Shown here piece by piece: positions 28,072-41,429 of a DNA stretch of 64,000 nt. Source of the stretch: Octopus vulgaris (taxonomy: Eukaryota); contig OX597828.1 in assembly GCA_951406725.2 (NCBI GenBank), positions 36,890,001 through 36,954,000 of the forward strand, written 5' to 3'. The number at the start of each line of letters is the position of its first letter. Positions within the stretch are counted from its first letter, which is position 1. A program made the position numbers and the translations under genes. The notes below the pieces were generated by a model that was given only the letters and a program-made list of their open reading frames with translations, did not search any database and was not told the DNA's origin.

Positions 28072-28300
28072 TAATAATACTAATAATAATAATAATGATT
28101 GTAATAATAATAATAATAAAAATAGCGGTAGCAGTAATAACAGTAATTGTAATAGATATTTTAATAATATTAATAAATATAATAATAATATAAATAATGA
28201 TAATAGCAATAGTAATGATTATGATAATAATAATGGTAATAATGATGATAACAATAACAATAAAAGATAGTAATATTAATAGTGGTATTAATAATATATG
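27430..28300. repeat. Long compound (AAT)n/(CCA)n/(CAA)n trinucleotide tract
   Basis: Read directly from the sequence. Confidence 0.95.
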
Positions 28301-29027
28301 GTAAAAATAAAATTTTAAAAAAATATATGTAAAAAGGGAAATAACCGCGGGAGAGAAAACGTAAAAAAAAGTGCAAAAATATGAAGAATATAAACAAAAT
28401 ATAAAAAGAAAAAATAAAGGTAAAAATATGGAAGAAAAAATACAAAACAAACCGTTAACGGGGAGGAAGGAAAAAGGAAGATAACAAAATGGCGGAAGTG
28501 ACACGTTTAAAGTAATTCTGGCAAATCTGGAAATATTGTTTCTGTTGCCTGTCTCTTCTGAGAAGATTTCAAAGAATTTCTGAGATTTAAATAGTCTTAA
28601 ATTATTAACGCACGGAGACAGGTCAAACACAAACATTGACACATACACCCATACACAGATACAAACACAAACACATAAAAATGCCACACACACACACACA
28701 CACACACATATTATGTGCACATACATACACATAAATTAAACACAAATATACATACGCACAAGATACATGCATATATATATATTTAAGTATATATGTATAT
28801 ACTTACCTATATACGGTTCTTTGTAGTTGTCTGTCTATCTCTTTCTCCCTATATGTATGTTATATATGTATGCATATATAGATGTGTATGTATGTGTACA
28901 CGCACACACAAATACACACGAGTATACACAGACGCGGGCACTACATACATTTCAGAAAATAGTGTTGGTAGTGATTACGAAGTTTTGTCCTAACTAGCTT
29001 TCATCAAACTGCCATAAATTGAAAACA

Positions 29028-29105
<78 letters not shown>

Positions 29106-29688
29106 ATAGAAAGTATGATTGGCTATTACACGTGGGTGAATACTACCAATTATCACCCCCTAACAAATAAAATTTCTCATCTCGAATTGTATCTAACACT
29201 CAAAATTTGAAAATCGTTAGTGAAACCAGTTATGTTAGAGGAAAAAAAAAATCCTATTTTGTATAATATTTATAATACTTTTGCCATGACGATTTAAATA
29301 TATTCTTTAGTCTTCTAAAACAAATCTTCTGTTTCGTCTTATTCCTTTCCTTGTGTGCGTGTGTGTGTACATGCATACCTACTTATAAATATATATAAGA
29401 ACTCTAACACTACTGAATTCTGGCTCCGAAATTTTCAGCGGTTGTAAGCATATAGCTAAGTTTCTGATGACGAATTTGAATGTGCTACCCTTTCCAGGTT
29501 GAACAGCTGTACCATAGTCTCTAAGCTACTGTCTATTCAGGTTTATATTTTAGGGTCAAATGGGAAATAACTCTATTTCCATTCTCCTTTTCCTTTTTTC
29601 TGCTTTCTCTTTCGTTTTCTATTTTTTCAACCTTCCACCGTTTATATCTCCTTTGGAGGTGCTCTGTCTTGCTGGAAACAAAAATCCT

Positions 29689-29744
<56 letters not shown>

Positions 29745-29960
29745 TTGTGTGTCTGTGCTTGTCCCCCTAGCATTGCTTGACAACCGATGCTGGTGTGTTT
29801 ACGTCCCCGTCCCTTAGCGGTTTGGCAAAAAGAGACCGATAGAATAAGTACTAGGCTTACAAAGAATAAGTCCCGGGGTCGATTTGATCGACTAAAGGCG
29901 GTGCTCCAGCATGGCCGCAGTCAAATGACTGAAACAAGTAAAAGAGTAAAGAGTAAAAGA
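29745..29960 (+). mobile_element. SINE family A 3' half
   Basis: TTGACAACCGATGCTGGTGTGTTTACGTCCCCG...GCATGGCCGCAGTCAAATGACTGAAACAAGTAAAAGAG. Confidence 0.85.
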
Positions 29961-30504
29961 GAGAGACTTCCGACTGTGTGGTAGGATAAATTCCTGTAGC
30001 AAGTTCAAATAAACGGCACCGGTGCAATGTACAGAAAATACGATCAAGTTAAGTCCAACAGTCGACACTAAACTACAAACACATATAAATTCACATGAAA
30101 TCTTTCCGTAATATGCAGTTTCTTAGGTGCCCAGTAGCTTCAACAGTGGCGATAGATCGAGCTGTTCAATTTTTCTATAGTTTCATCGCTCCAAACAATC
30201 TTGCTCGAAAGCATGGGGCCCCTGCACATATTTCCACGAAACATCCATAAAATTTTTTCCTTGGTTTTTGCGACGTCGTGTCTCATAGAAAGGTAGTAAC
30301 TTTATAATATTTTTTGAGCAGGTGGTGTGATGTCTTCTGCAGAAAGAAATATGACATAATCTAAATATATGTATGTATGCATACATACGTGTGTGTGTAT
30401 ATATAATAATATATATATACTTAAAATGTCTTCGTTATATGTGCACATATGCAAATATGCTGTCCACGCCATTGCATTCCGCAGGCGAAACTTCATGCAT
30501 ACAC

Positions 30505-30571
<67 letters not shown>

Positions 30572-30572
30572 C

Positions 30573-30606
<34 letters not shown>

Positions 30607-30624
30607 GCAAATATATTTTTATGG

Positions 30625-30656
<32 letters not shown>

Positions 30657-31123
30657 CATACATATACACACATGTATGTGCTTATATGCAGGGTATCTAT
30701 TAACATGTGCATCATGTGCTCACTCGTATGCTTGCATTAATACACATTCACATCTGTTCACTCTCTCAGAATTAGTTTTAATTCCAAAGGTCAACCAGTA
30801 CATATAGTAACCCCAGCTCTTCCTTTCACATGTTTCACTCATTATCAAAATGCACGATTTTTTTAAAAATAACATTTGGGATTTTCTTTTTCTTTTTTTC
30901 TATTTTCAATTATTGTATCTGTTTTTCTTACCCATAGGCTTTTCTCAATTCACTTCCCTCGTAAATTTTAAATAAAGGATCATTTATACGCCACGTTTTT
31001 GCTAACTTTTACGCGCATGTGCACACACACATACAATACTTACTTGAAAGTGAAATTGAGAGTGTATATCCGCTCTCGAGTTTCATGCCATTGCATTCCT
31101 CAAGCGAAACTGCATCCATATAC

Positions 31124-31251
<128 letters not shown>

Positions 31252-31859
31252 AAGGAAAGAAAATAGAGATAATTGGAGGTATGAAGAATTTATTTGCATG
31301 TTAAAAAATGTAAAAAAATTTCGCTTAAAAACATTACAATATAAATGAATTGTAAAGCTAAAAAAAGTATTTCCTGGATTACATAATCCCTAATGAAGTT
31401 ATAACTCCCTTGGATTAACTATATATATATATATTCAATATTAGTGACGGAGGCAGTAATATCAACCTGTTTTCATTACGTAATGGTATTGTGGTATTCG
31501 ACTTCAGAAGGTTTCTTATATAAATATATATTGATAGAAAGCTCAGAAGTGTTATAGTAGCAGGTTAAAAATTGTCTAGAAACGTCGGTAGAATTGCTAG
31601 ATTACGAGATTTTGGCGTATTTGTCCTCATCGGAAGAAAATATACACTATCACCGCATGCTTAGTAAAATTTACTTCTAATGGTACTTTGTAAAACAGTG
31701 ACTAATGAGTCACTGGAATCGCAAATATTGGGGAGCTTGGTGAAATTTCGTTTACTTCTATACAAGTGGCCTTCCCGGGACGTCTAACACAATATTGTGG
31801 CTTTCTTTTAGTATATTCACGTTTAATAAAATATATAGTCGTATACATTTATATTCCCG

Positions 31860-32240
31860 TGGCACTACGTCGATCACGACGACAAGGGTTCCAGTTGATC
31901 GGATCAACGGAACAGTCTACTTGTGAAATTAACGTGCAAGTGGCTGAGTACTCCACAGGCACGTTTACTCTTAATGTAGTTCTCGGGGAGACTCAGCGTG
32001 ACATAGAGTGTGACAAGTCTGGCCATTTGAAATACAGGTATAACAGAAACAGGAAGAAAGAATGAGAAAAAGTTGTGGTGAAAGAGTACAACAGGGTTGG
32101 CTACCACCCCATGCCGGAACCTCATGGAGCTTTAGGTGTTTTCGCTCAATAAACACTCACAACGCCCGGTCTGGGAATCGAAACTGCGATCCTACGACCG
32201 CGAGTCTGCTGCCCTAACCACTGGGCCATTGCACTTCCAC
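31860..32240 (-). mobile_element. tRNA-derived SINE family C
   Basis: Minus-strand head GTGGAAGTGCAATGGCCCAGTGGTTAGGGCAGCAGACTCGCGGTCGTAGGATCGCAGTTTCGATTCCCAGACC; second copy at 38320-38540. Confidence 0.85.
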
Positions 32241-32370
32241 ATATTTAAATACATATATACATGCATACAAGTATGTATGTATGTATGTATGTATGTATGT
32301 ATGTATGTATGTATGTATGTATGTATGTATGTATGTATGTCTGAATGAATGTGTGTATGTATGTATGTTT

Positions 32371-32515
32371 TTTGTCATTCTCTTATTCCTTTCTGTCGAA
32401 GAGCGTAGGCGCGAAACGTAAAAAATACCTTTTTATTTTTCCCGATCGTCAAACTAATACACTTGCTTGTTATTCCTATACCTGCCTTCGTTTTTGGTTT
32501 TCTATAAATTTGAAC

Positions 32516-32517
<2 letters not shown>
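32371..32517 (+). mobile_element. Short repeat with variant hammerhead-like motif (copy 1)
   Basis: CTTT-CTGTCGAA-GAGC-GTAG-GCGC-GAAAC-GTA-AAA; shared downstream AAACTAATACA..TTGTT..AAATTTGAACTA then (TA)n. Confidence 0.65.
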
Positions 32518-32546
<29 letters not shown>

Positions 32547-32625
32547 GAGAACCGGTGAGAATTAATTAATTTTACCCTCAATTGTTGATATTATAATAAC
32601 TAATTAATTTTACCCTCAATTGTTG

Positions 32626-32663
<38 letters not shown>

Positions 32664-32666
<3 letters not shown>

Positions 32667-32780
32667 TATATAGAAGGAGCTTCTACAGGACTAGAACTGT
32701 TTCATTCAAGAGAAATCTTCACTGAAGATTTCTCTTGAATGAAACAGTTCTAGTCCTGTAGAAGCTCCTTCTATATAATA
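32664..32780. repeat. Perfect 117-bp palindrome (58+1+58) containing a hammerhead-like core
   Basis: The arms are exact reverse complements around C32722; CTGAAGA-tttc-tctt-gaat-GAAAC-A-GTT-CTAG at 32722-32753. Confidence 0.9.
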
Positions 32781-32847
32781 AATTAATTTTACTCTACTAT
32801 GTATTGAGTACCTTATTTACTGTGGTTAACCCCGAATCAACCCGGGA

Positions 32848-32889
<42 letters not shown>

Positions 32890-33070
32890 CACATCTAGTT
32901 GAAATTTACAGAAAAACAAAAGACGAAGACAGCTGTATAAACAACAAGCAGCTTTATTAGTTTGACCCTCGGGAATGTGAGAAAGTCTTTTACGTTTCGA
33001 GCCTACGCTCTTCAACAGAAAGGAACACGATAAAGTAAACAGAGAATAAAAAACTTGTGGATTTAGCGAC
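32890..33070 (-). mobile_element. Short repeat with variant hammerhead-like motif (copy 2, best preserved)
   Basis: Minus strand CTTT-CTGTTGAA-GAGC-GTAG-GCTC-GAAAC-GTA-AAAG at 32987-33022. Confidence 0.7.
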
Positions 33071-33169
33071 ACACACACACACACACACATACACATATAT
33101 CATTTCTTTTTTCTCTTACTCACCCTCTCTCTCTCTCTGTCTCTCTGTTTCTCACTATTTTTTCTCTCT

Positions 33170-33300
33170 CATCCTTTTTTTTTGTAGAAGTGAGTTGGCT
33201 CGAAACGTCAAAGACTTTTCCATTCTTCTAGAGCATCAAACTGTTACACCTGCTTGTTGTTCCCTCACCTGGCGTTTCTTTGTTTTCTGTACATTTGAAC
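33170..33300 (+). mobile_element. Short repeat with variant hammerhead-like motif (copy 3, degraded)
   Basis: TTGTAGAA-GTGA-GTTG-GCTC-GAAAC-GTC-AAAG-ACTTT with the same downstream tail. Confidence 0.55.
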
Positions 33301-33894
33301 CACACACACACGCGCGCGCATGCGTGCAACAAACACAAACATATATACACACACATGTACATATATTTCATATAAAATAGTGTACGTATTTATATACAAA
33401 CGAGGTAAGTTTTAACAGGGCACCTTACATATTGGAAAGGGCAGTTAAAGCCCAAACCACGAATAATAGTAATTTCGAAGGGAATAAAAAGTATTTCTAT
33501 AGTTACCCCCTGACACGAGTTTCTGCATTAATGTGCAAATAAATTAATTTGCCATCCGTGCTTCTTCAGTAAGGGCGCTAAGATTAATGCATATTTATGC
33601 AACACGGAGAATACACGTGCAACATACTGATATATCATAATGTTTCACAACCACCGTTCAAGCGCAGTTACATTCGGCAGCAAATGATAATATAAAAAAT
33701 CAAAACTGCGTATCAAAAGGGTTTCGAACCCACGAAAATTTTACTGTGAAAATAATAAGGGTAGACAATTTAGAGAAATGTTCTATCGGTGGCCAATAGA
33801 CAACATTTTTCATATAAAATAGTGTACGTACATACACACACATACATATATGTATATGTGTATGTGTGTTCGTGCGTATGTATGTTTGTGTTGT

Positions 33895-33931
<37 letters not shown>

Positions 33932-34087
33932 TGTGTGTGTGTGTGTAATGGTGGTCGATTTTAAAAGTGTTTCGGAGATACGAATTCGTTCGTTTGACAA
34001 AATGTATAATTATTTGTGAAATTAGCGTGTGAGTTGTTACGTATTTCTCTCAGAAACACATTTAATGGAATCGTTAGGTTGACTCAC

Positions 34088-34132
34088 CTTGACATAGTGT
34101 GACAAGCTGTAGCTTTAATTTCCAGGTACATT
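34088..34132 (-). other. Putative 45-nt host microexon
   Basis: Minus strand: long CT tract, branch-like CTCTAAT, TCTAG| acceptor and AAG|GTGAGT donor. Confidence 0.5.
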
Positions 34133-34148
34133 CTAGAGAATTAGAGAA

Positions 34149-34179
<31 letters not shown>

Positions 34180-34263
34180 CGAATGGAAAGTGAAGAAACT
34201 CAATCTCCTACTGCACTGGTATGGACATTTCTCTCTCTCTCCCTCCATCTATCTCTCTACCCC

Positions 34264-34675
<412 letters not shown>

Positions 34676-34677
34676 CT

Positions 34678-35380
34678 CGCGGCGCGTTGTTGCACCGTCG
34701 TCTGGCTGCGCGTAGTTTCATAGGGGTGCTTGAGGAGTAGTAGGCGCGAGCAACACGGCTCCACACACGGGACGCCGTGAAGCAACACGGCTTCGTGCTC
34801 ACTGTAGCGTCGGTGCGCACGGTTCGGCTCCTCCTCGCGCGGGATCGGTCGTGGCACCGCGACGCGCGGCAGGGGGGATGTGGGGAGACTCTCATCAACG
34901 GTATCTACATGATTAAGTCAATGCTGGAGAAAGAAGTCAATCTGTTTATACGGAAATCTAATGGCATCGGAGAACTGGAGCCACCAAAATTGCATAATGT
35001 TTAACACCACGACGCACACACTAGCACTGACCACTTCCCAGCCCCACATCCACACACCTACACATTCACACACGCACACGTCAAGGTCACCAGTCCTCTT
35101 ACACGTGCACATACATGCTCTCTTATACACACGCACGCGAACTTTCGTATTGATATCACCATTACTTTATTATCTCCCCTTCTTCCAAGCTCTCCTGTGT
35201 GACCCCTCTGTCCTGCATTCGCCTTGAGAGATCGCTAGCCACTACACATTCTTTATTTTCTCTCCTCGTTTCTTTCTGTGTTCCTTTCTGTAGAAGAGCG
35301 TAGGCTCGAAACTTAAAGACTTTTTCACTTGCCGAGCGTTAAACTAATACATCTGTTTGTTGTCTACACCACCTGTCTTC

Positions 35381-35383
<3 letters not shown>
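34678..35383 (+). mobile_element. Longer member of the variant-hammerhead repeat family (copy 4) with a GC-rich upstream segment
   Basis: CTTT-CTGTAGAA-GAGC-GTAG-GCTC-GAAAC-TT-AAAG at 35284-35318; ends at (TA)n; the upstream boundary is uncertain. Confidence 0.5.
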
Positions 35384-35447
<64 letters not shown>

Positions 35448-35774
35448 AGAATAAGAAATAGAAAGCCCTTGATGCAGTATAATACATTTGAAAATATGAA
35501 TAGAAATGGCCTTTCTGGTAATTTTCCCACTTTAATTAGTTGTTTACAAAAAGTGGCTCTAATTAGAGTTTCTCACTTAAAAGTTCTCTTCAAACTATGT
35601 GTGTGTGTGAGTGTAAGTGAATGTGTGTGTGTGTGTGTGTGTGTGGGTGTGTGTGTGTGTGCGCGCGTGCGTGTACATATAAATTATATATCTGTAGGTA
35701 TTTGTGAGTTAGTGTTGTTCTTAGTCTGTATGTATATAAGTTTGTGTGTAAATATGCATGCAGAAAGATAAGCA

Positions 35775-35947
35775 TGCCTGGCCGTATTTCGTCTGTCCTT
35801 ACGTTCCGAGTTCAAATTCTGCCGAGGTCGACTTTCCCTTTCATCCTTTCGGGGTCAATAAGTTAAGCACCAGTTGCGTACTGGGTCGATGTAATCAACT
35901 GCCACCGCCAAAAAAAATTTCGGACCTTGTGCCTAGAGTAGAAAAGA
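35775..35947 (+). mobile_element. SINE family B
   Basis: GTATTTCGTCTG..GAGTTCAAATTCTGCCGAGGTCGAC..CCTTGTGCCTAGAGTAGAAAAGA. Confidence 0.8.
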
Positions 35948-35993
35948 TTCTTATACATAGACACAGACACATACATGCACACGTACTTAGACA

Positions 35994-36034
<41 letters not shown>

Positions 36035-36059
36035 CTATGTATATACATACGCACCCGTA

Positions 36060-36152
<93 letters not shown>

Positions 36153-36291
36153 TAAATTAGAGATAAAACCACTATTAGGCAAATTTAATTAATTTAATCT
36201 CTAATTTAATTTATATTTATACTGTGAAATTTGATTTAATCCTAAATCTAATTTTTCCCTGCAAGTTTGGATTTAGTCCCTAATATTATTA

Positions 36292-36350
<59 letters not shown>

Positions 36351-36774
36351 TAAATATACACACACCAACAGCCAAACACATATATGCATGATTCTAGCTC
36401 TTGTCCAGCTCGTTACTTCTGCCCTGCGTACCGTACATTTCTGTACAGTTTTTAGAAATAAAACGTCTATGATGAATTTAATAGAATTGGTATTATGTGA
36501 TTTATATAGTAAATGTGCTAGAATGATTTTTCATGTTCCCCTTTGATTCCATACTGCGGAATCTCTATACAAAACTGAAAATATTTATGTCTCAGGCAAC
36601 ATCAAACAAGAGATAGCAGTGTAGTTCCTATTCCGTACATATATTAAATTTCCCTTGTATTATCTCTCTCTCTTTCTCTCTCTCTACATATCTCTCTCTA
36701 CGTATGTATGTATGCACGTATGTATGTATGTATGTATGTATGTATGTATGTATGTATGTATGTATGTATGTATG

Positions 36775-36954
<180 letters not shown>

Positions 36955-38319
36955 CATCTACCTCCCTACGTATGTATGTATGTATTAAGTATGTATGTAT
37001 GTATGTATGTATGTATGTATGTATGTATGTATCTATCTATCTATCTACCTACTTGTCTACCTATCTATATAGATGTGTAGATGAGAGTAAATGCCTTGAA
37101 GTATTCATTCCAGTTCTCTAAGATCCGAGTTGGAATCTTACCTAGGTCTTCCTTGCCTTTCCTCTTTTCAGGGTCAATAAATAAAGCACCAATCCGCTAC
37201 CGATACGGTTCTTCTCGGTTTCTCAATTTCCCTGCGGAAGAAATCCGGCAACGTACTCCGGCAAATTCTAAGTGTTCTAGAAACATCGTATATCGCGACG
37301 GCGCCGCTACGACTCTGTCAGAAGTTGAGCACGCAATGGAAGAAAATATATGATATCTACACATGTTCTCATAGAGAAACCTACACACACACACACACAA
37401 ACACTCATACACACGCGCAAGTGTACAAATGTAAGTGGCTGTGCTTCCTTGTAGGAAAGCATCGTTGTGCGTGGTTTTCACCTTATTTCTCTGTCTTGCA
37501 CTGCTATTTATATTTTGTCAACACTATATTTTAATTCTTCTCTCCTCTTCTGAATCAACCTCTTCTTTTCTACGTTTATTTGAATGTTTCATTTCGTTCC
37601 TTTTTGTCTTGTTAAGTTTCTTTTTCTGTCGTTTCTGTCTGCCATTCTTTCACTGTAAGACAATCTTGACATAACCAATTTCCTGTTGTTTACATACTGG
37701 CCTCGGCTTTGTCTCACCGAAGACCTTTAACAGATTGCAAATATCTCGAAATATATAGACAAATGGTGACACAAAAATTGGAAGAAAGAAAGAAGTAAAG
37801 GAGGAGAGTAAACAGTAGTAGATAAATGGAGGGTGATGGCTTGGACGGGTGATATATTTTATTTCTGCAGTATATTCAACATTAAAGCTATGTCTGTTGT
37901 TCAACTATTGTAAAACCACAAAAGCAGGATGTCAAGCAACTGACATGAAAATCAATGATGCGATTCAACTTCTGCGCTACCTCCATTACGGAAGCCACGT
38001 ATACAGAAAATATGTTCAGTGCACAATGAAAGCGTATAAGGGAAACAAAATGTGAAGAAAACAGTGGTCTCCTTTCATCAGATATCGGACTGGAGGTCAT
38101 GGCAATTTCCTCACTGTACGTCAATATAGTTATGTCCAGTGCTTTCTGTAGGTTTAAACGGGAATGTTATAAATAGTCAAAGGCAACCCCCCAAAAGACT
38201 GGAAGATATCAAAGAAAGGGAGGCAAACAAAATTATATATATATATATATTTTTTTTTCTAGTTTCAGCTCAGAGCTGCGGCCATGCTGATGCACCGCCG
38301 TTTTGTTTTTTAGCCTTCG

Positions 38320-38540
38320 AACGACGCCACCCCTCTGGCTAAGCGAGCAGGTCAACAGAAGAAAATGGGAGAAAGAGCGGTGAAAGAGTACAGCAGGGAT
38401 CACCACCCCCTGCCGGAGCCTCGTGGAGCTTTTAGGTGTTTTCGCTCAATAAACACACACAACGCCCGGTCTGGGAATCGAAACCGCGATCCTCCGACCG
38501 CGAATCCACTGCCCCAACCACCGGGCCATTGCGCCTCCGC
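38320..38540 (-). mobile_element. tRNA-derived SINE family C
   Basis: Matches 32050-32240. Confidence 0.85.
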
Positions 38541-38543
38541 GCA

Positions 38544-38576
<33 letters not shown>

Positions 38577-38604
38577 TGTATGTATGTATAAATATAAATA
38601 TATA

Positions 38605-39752
38605 TCATGTTATTAAGAATGAAATGTCTGATTTTCAACTGAAATTTTATTTCACTTTATCTCAACAAAAAGCAATGTGGTGAAATCACAAAAGGCTGTT
38701 TTTGCATCTTCTTCAGATTTGAAGTTTTTTTCCTTGTAAAAAGTTGTCTAATGTCTGGAAAACGAGATAGCCAGTTGATGCAATGTTTGGTGAATATGGT
38801 GGATGAACTTCCAAGTTCAGTTCCTGTAACTTGAGTAGCGTTCTTTGTGCAACATGTGGTCGAGCATTGTTTTGAAAGATAATTGGCCTGTCTCTTTTGA
38901 CCAATCTCAGTTATTTGATTGTTAGTCCCCTCATCATTTCATTCACTTGGTTGATGTAAACATCCGTTGTAATTGACTTACTAGGTCCCATGAAGTCGCA
39001 GTGAATGAAACCAGCGCTGGACCGCCAAACATTAGCATTTTTTGATGAATATTCCTTGGTGAATATCCAAAAACAGTGTAGAACGCTTGCTATTGTTGAA
39101 TAAAAGTCCATTTTTCACCACACGTCACAATGCGATGCAAAAATGGTTCGCTTTTATGCTGTAACAGCAAAGAATAGCAAGTTTCAAGACATCGTGTCAT
39201 TTGATGCTCTTCAAGTTCGTATGGTACCTACTTGTCCAGTTTCTTTACCGATTTGTTTCAGATGGTCCAATACAGTCGGAATCGAAACATCACACCTTAC
39301 TGCTAACTCACGCATAGTTTGAGATCTATCCGTCTCCACTACAGTTTCCAGTTCATCATTATACACTTTGGTCTAAGGTTTACCACGGGGCTGATTTTCA
39401 AGAGTAAAGTCACCAGACCGGAACTTCTCAAACTATCGACGTACATTGCACTCATTCGCCACATCTCCAGTAAAAACCTCATTCATGTTCCGAGCTGTGT
39501 TGGGTGCAGTAGTTCCACGACGGAACTCGTATTCATAAACAACACGAATTTTTGATCTATTCGTAGGTTCACAAAAGTTGATTTATAACAGAAAACTCAC
39601 AATATATTAGATACCATGAATTACATTTCCAAAAGTGATGTTGTAACTCTTCAATGTTATAAAACAAAGAATTGTCACGATAAAACATTAGAATTAACGA
39701 CTGTCAAACTTGGTGGATAAGAATATCGGAATTTCCTTCTGAATGACTTTAT
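38605..39752 (-). mobile_element. Decayed mariner transposon
   Basis: FQNNARPHVAQRTLLKLQEL..HPPYSPNIASTGY, VWRSSAGFIH; degenerate TIRs at both ends; multiple frameshifts. Confidence 0.85.
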
Positions 39753-39808
39753 ATATATATATATGTATGTATGTATGAGTGTTTTGGAAATTCCTTGATA
39801 CAGTTATA

Positions 39809-40084
39809 ATATTTGGGGAGAAGATTTTTTCTCAAAGAGTTAAGATTGAGAAAAGAACCTCTTTAGAAAGTCGAAAGGCACTAACCCCTTTGGAAAGAGA
39901 TTTCACAAAATATGTGTGGCTTTTGCTTTTGTAGATGTGTAAGCGCTATCAGTTCTTAATGTTTTCAAGCAAGAGCTACACACATTTTGTGAAATCTCTT
40001 CCCAAAGGTTAATGCCTTTCGACCTTCTAAAAAGGTTCTTTTCTCAATCTTAACTCTTTGAGAAAAAAAATCTTCTCCAAATAT
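39809..40084. mobile_element. Foldback/MITE-like element with ~120-bp inverted arms and ~40-bp spacer
   Basis: ATATTTGGGGAGAAGATTTTTTCTCAAAGAGTTAAGATTGAGAAAAGAACC.. versus ..GGTTCTTTTCTCAATCTTAACTCTTTGAGAAAAAAAATCTTCTCCAAATAT. Confidence 0.75.
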
Positions 40085-40926
40085 ATATATATATACACAC
40101 AAACATACATACACCACACACGCACACAGAGAGACACAGACACACATACACACATATGTATATATTCATATATACAAGGGGATCTATCAATATCACATGC
40201 AAGGCATTGGGCTATCCAGCTCAGTAGTCGATCGCAGACGCTTGTCCAAATTGTTCCGCAGTGCACTTCAACTCGGAATCACATGTTTGCAAAGGCAGCT
40301 TCTTAAGCACACAACCAGCCAAGTCCACACCTGGATAATTCCCAATACAGATAATTCCTATTATATTATACCACTGATGATGTAACACGCGGTAAAAATA
40401 CAAAATAGTCTAACAACAGGGAATATAGTTCGAGTTCCTTCGATAACGGATTCAGCACATTCCGTACAAACTTTTGCCCGTTTCCTGCGACCATTTAACC
40501 CTTACACGTTCCCAGTGAACATGATGACCCATTCGTCTGAATGCCCTTTTTTTATAATAGAGCAAATGGATATTTGAGCAAACTAAGGGACTTTTATATG
40601 GTCATCCGATATGCTAGAAGTAACAACACATTATTAAAACAACCACGCTCTTTCGTCTTTAAAAGAAGAGGCAAAAGCCAAGAAAACAAATCATTCTCTG
40701 TTATGAGGTTCATTCGACAAATCTAGTCAGAAGAATCTGGAATGGAAGGCGTGTGCGACTCTATCCGTTTCCGGAGACTCTTTTAAATAATGCAATTTAT
40801 ATTCTACTTTGTAACAGATTTCTTTCTTATTTGATTCGTTGTAATTATTAATGGTGCACATACAAACTTATATAAACACACACGCATACACACACAGTTA
40901 TACGAAAATATAAGTGTATATATATT

Positions 40927-41305
40927 GGTTTCAGTAATTAGACTGCGGCCATGCTGGAGCACCGCCTTAAAGGTATATTTTTTTGTCAAGCGAATTGATC
41001 CCAGTACCTTTTTCGTTTAAAGTCAGGTACTTATTCTGTCGATCACTTTTGCCGTACTACTAGATAAAAGGGGACGTAAACACACCAACACCGGCTGTCA
41101 AGTAGTGATGAGAGACAGACAGACAGTCAGTCAGACAGAAAGACAGACAGACACACATATATAAGATGGGCTTCATTCAGTTTCCATTCACCAAATCCAC
41201 GTCGGCCCGAGGGTATAGTAAAAATACTTGCCCTAAGTGTCCCGCAGTGGGACTGCACCCGGAACCATGTGGTTGGTAAGCAAACTTCTTACCATACAGC
41301 CATAC
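40927..41305 (-). mobile_element. SINE family A, near full length
   Basis: Reverse complement of the family A head and tail. Confidence 0.85.
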
Positions 41306-41316
41306 ATGAGCTTATA

Positions 41317-41365
<49 letters not shown>

Positions 41366-41398
41366 TACATACATACATACATACACAGATACAGACGG

Positions 41399-41429
<31 letters not shown>

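Noticed and set aside
29465-29512. CTGATGA...GAACAGCTGTA hammerhead-like trace (similar trace near 2838-2880)
   Set aside because: GAAA is incomplete or stems I and II do not pair convincingly; too degenerate to call.
32165-32240. tRNA gene (also 38465-38540, 6078-6125, 18517-18550)
   Set aside because: These are tRNA-like heads continuous with SINE bodies or truncated; they lack a full acceptor stem.
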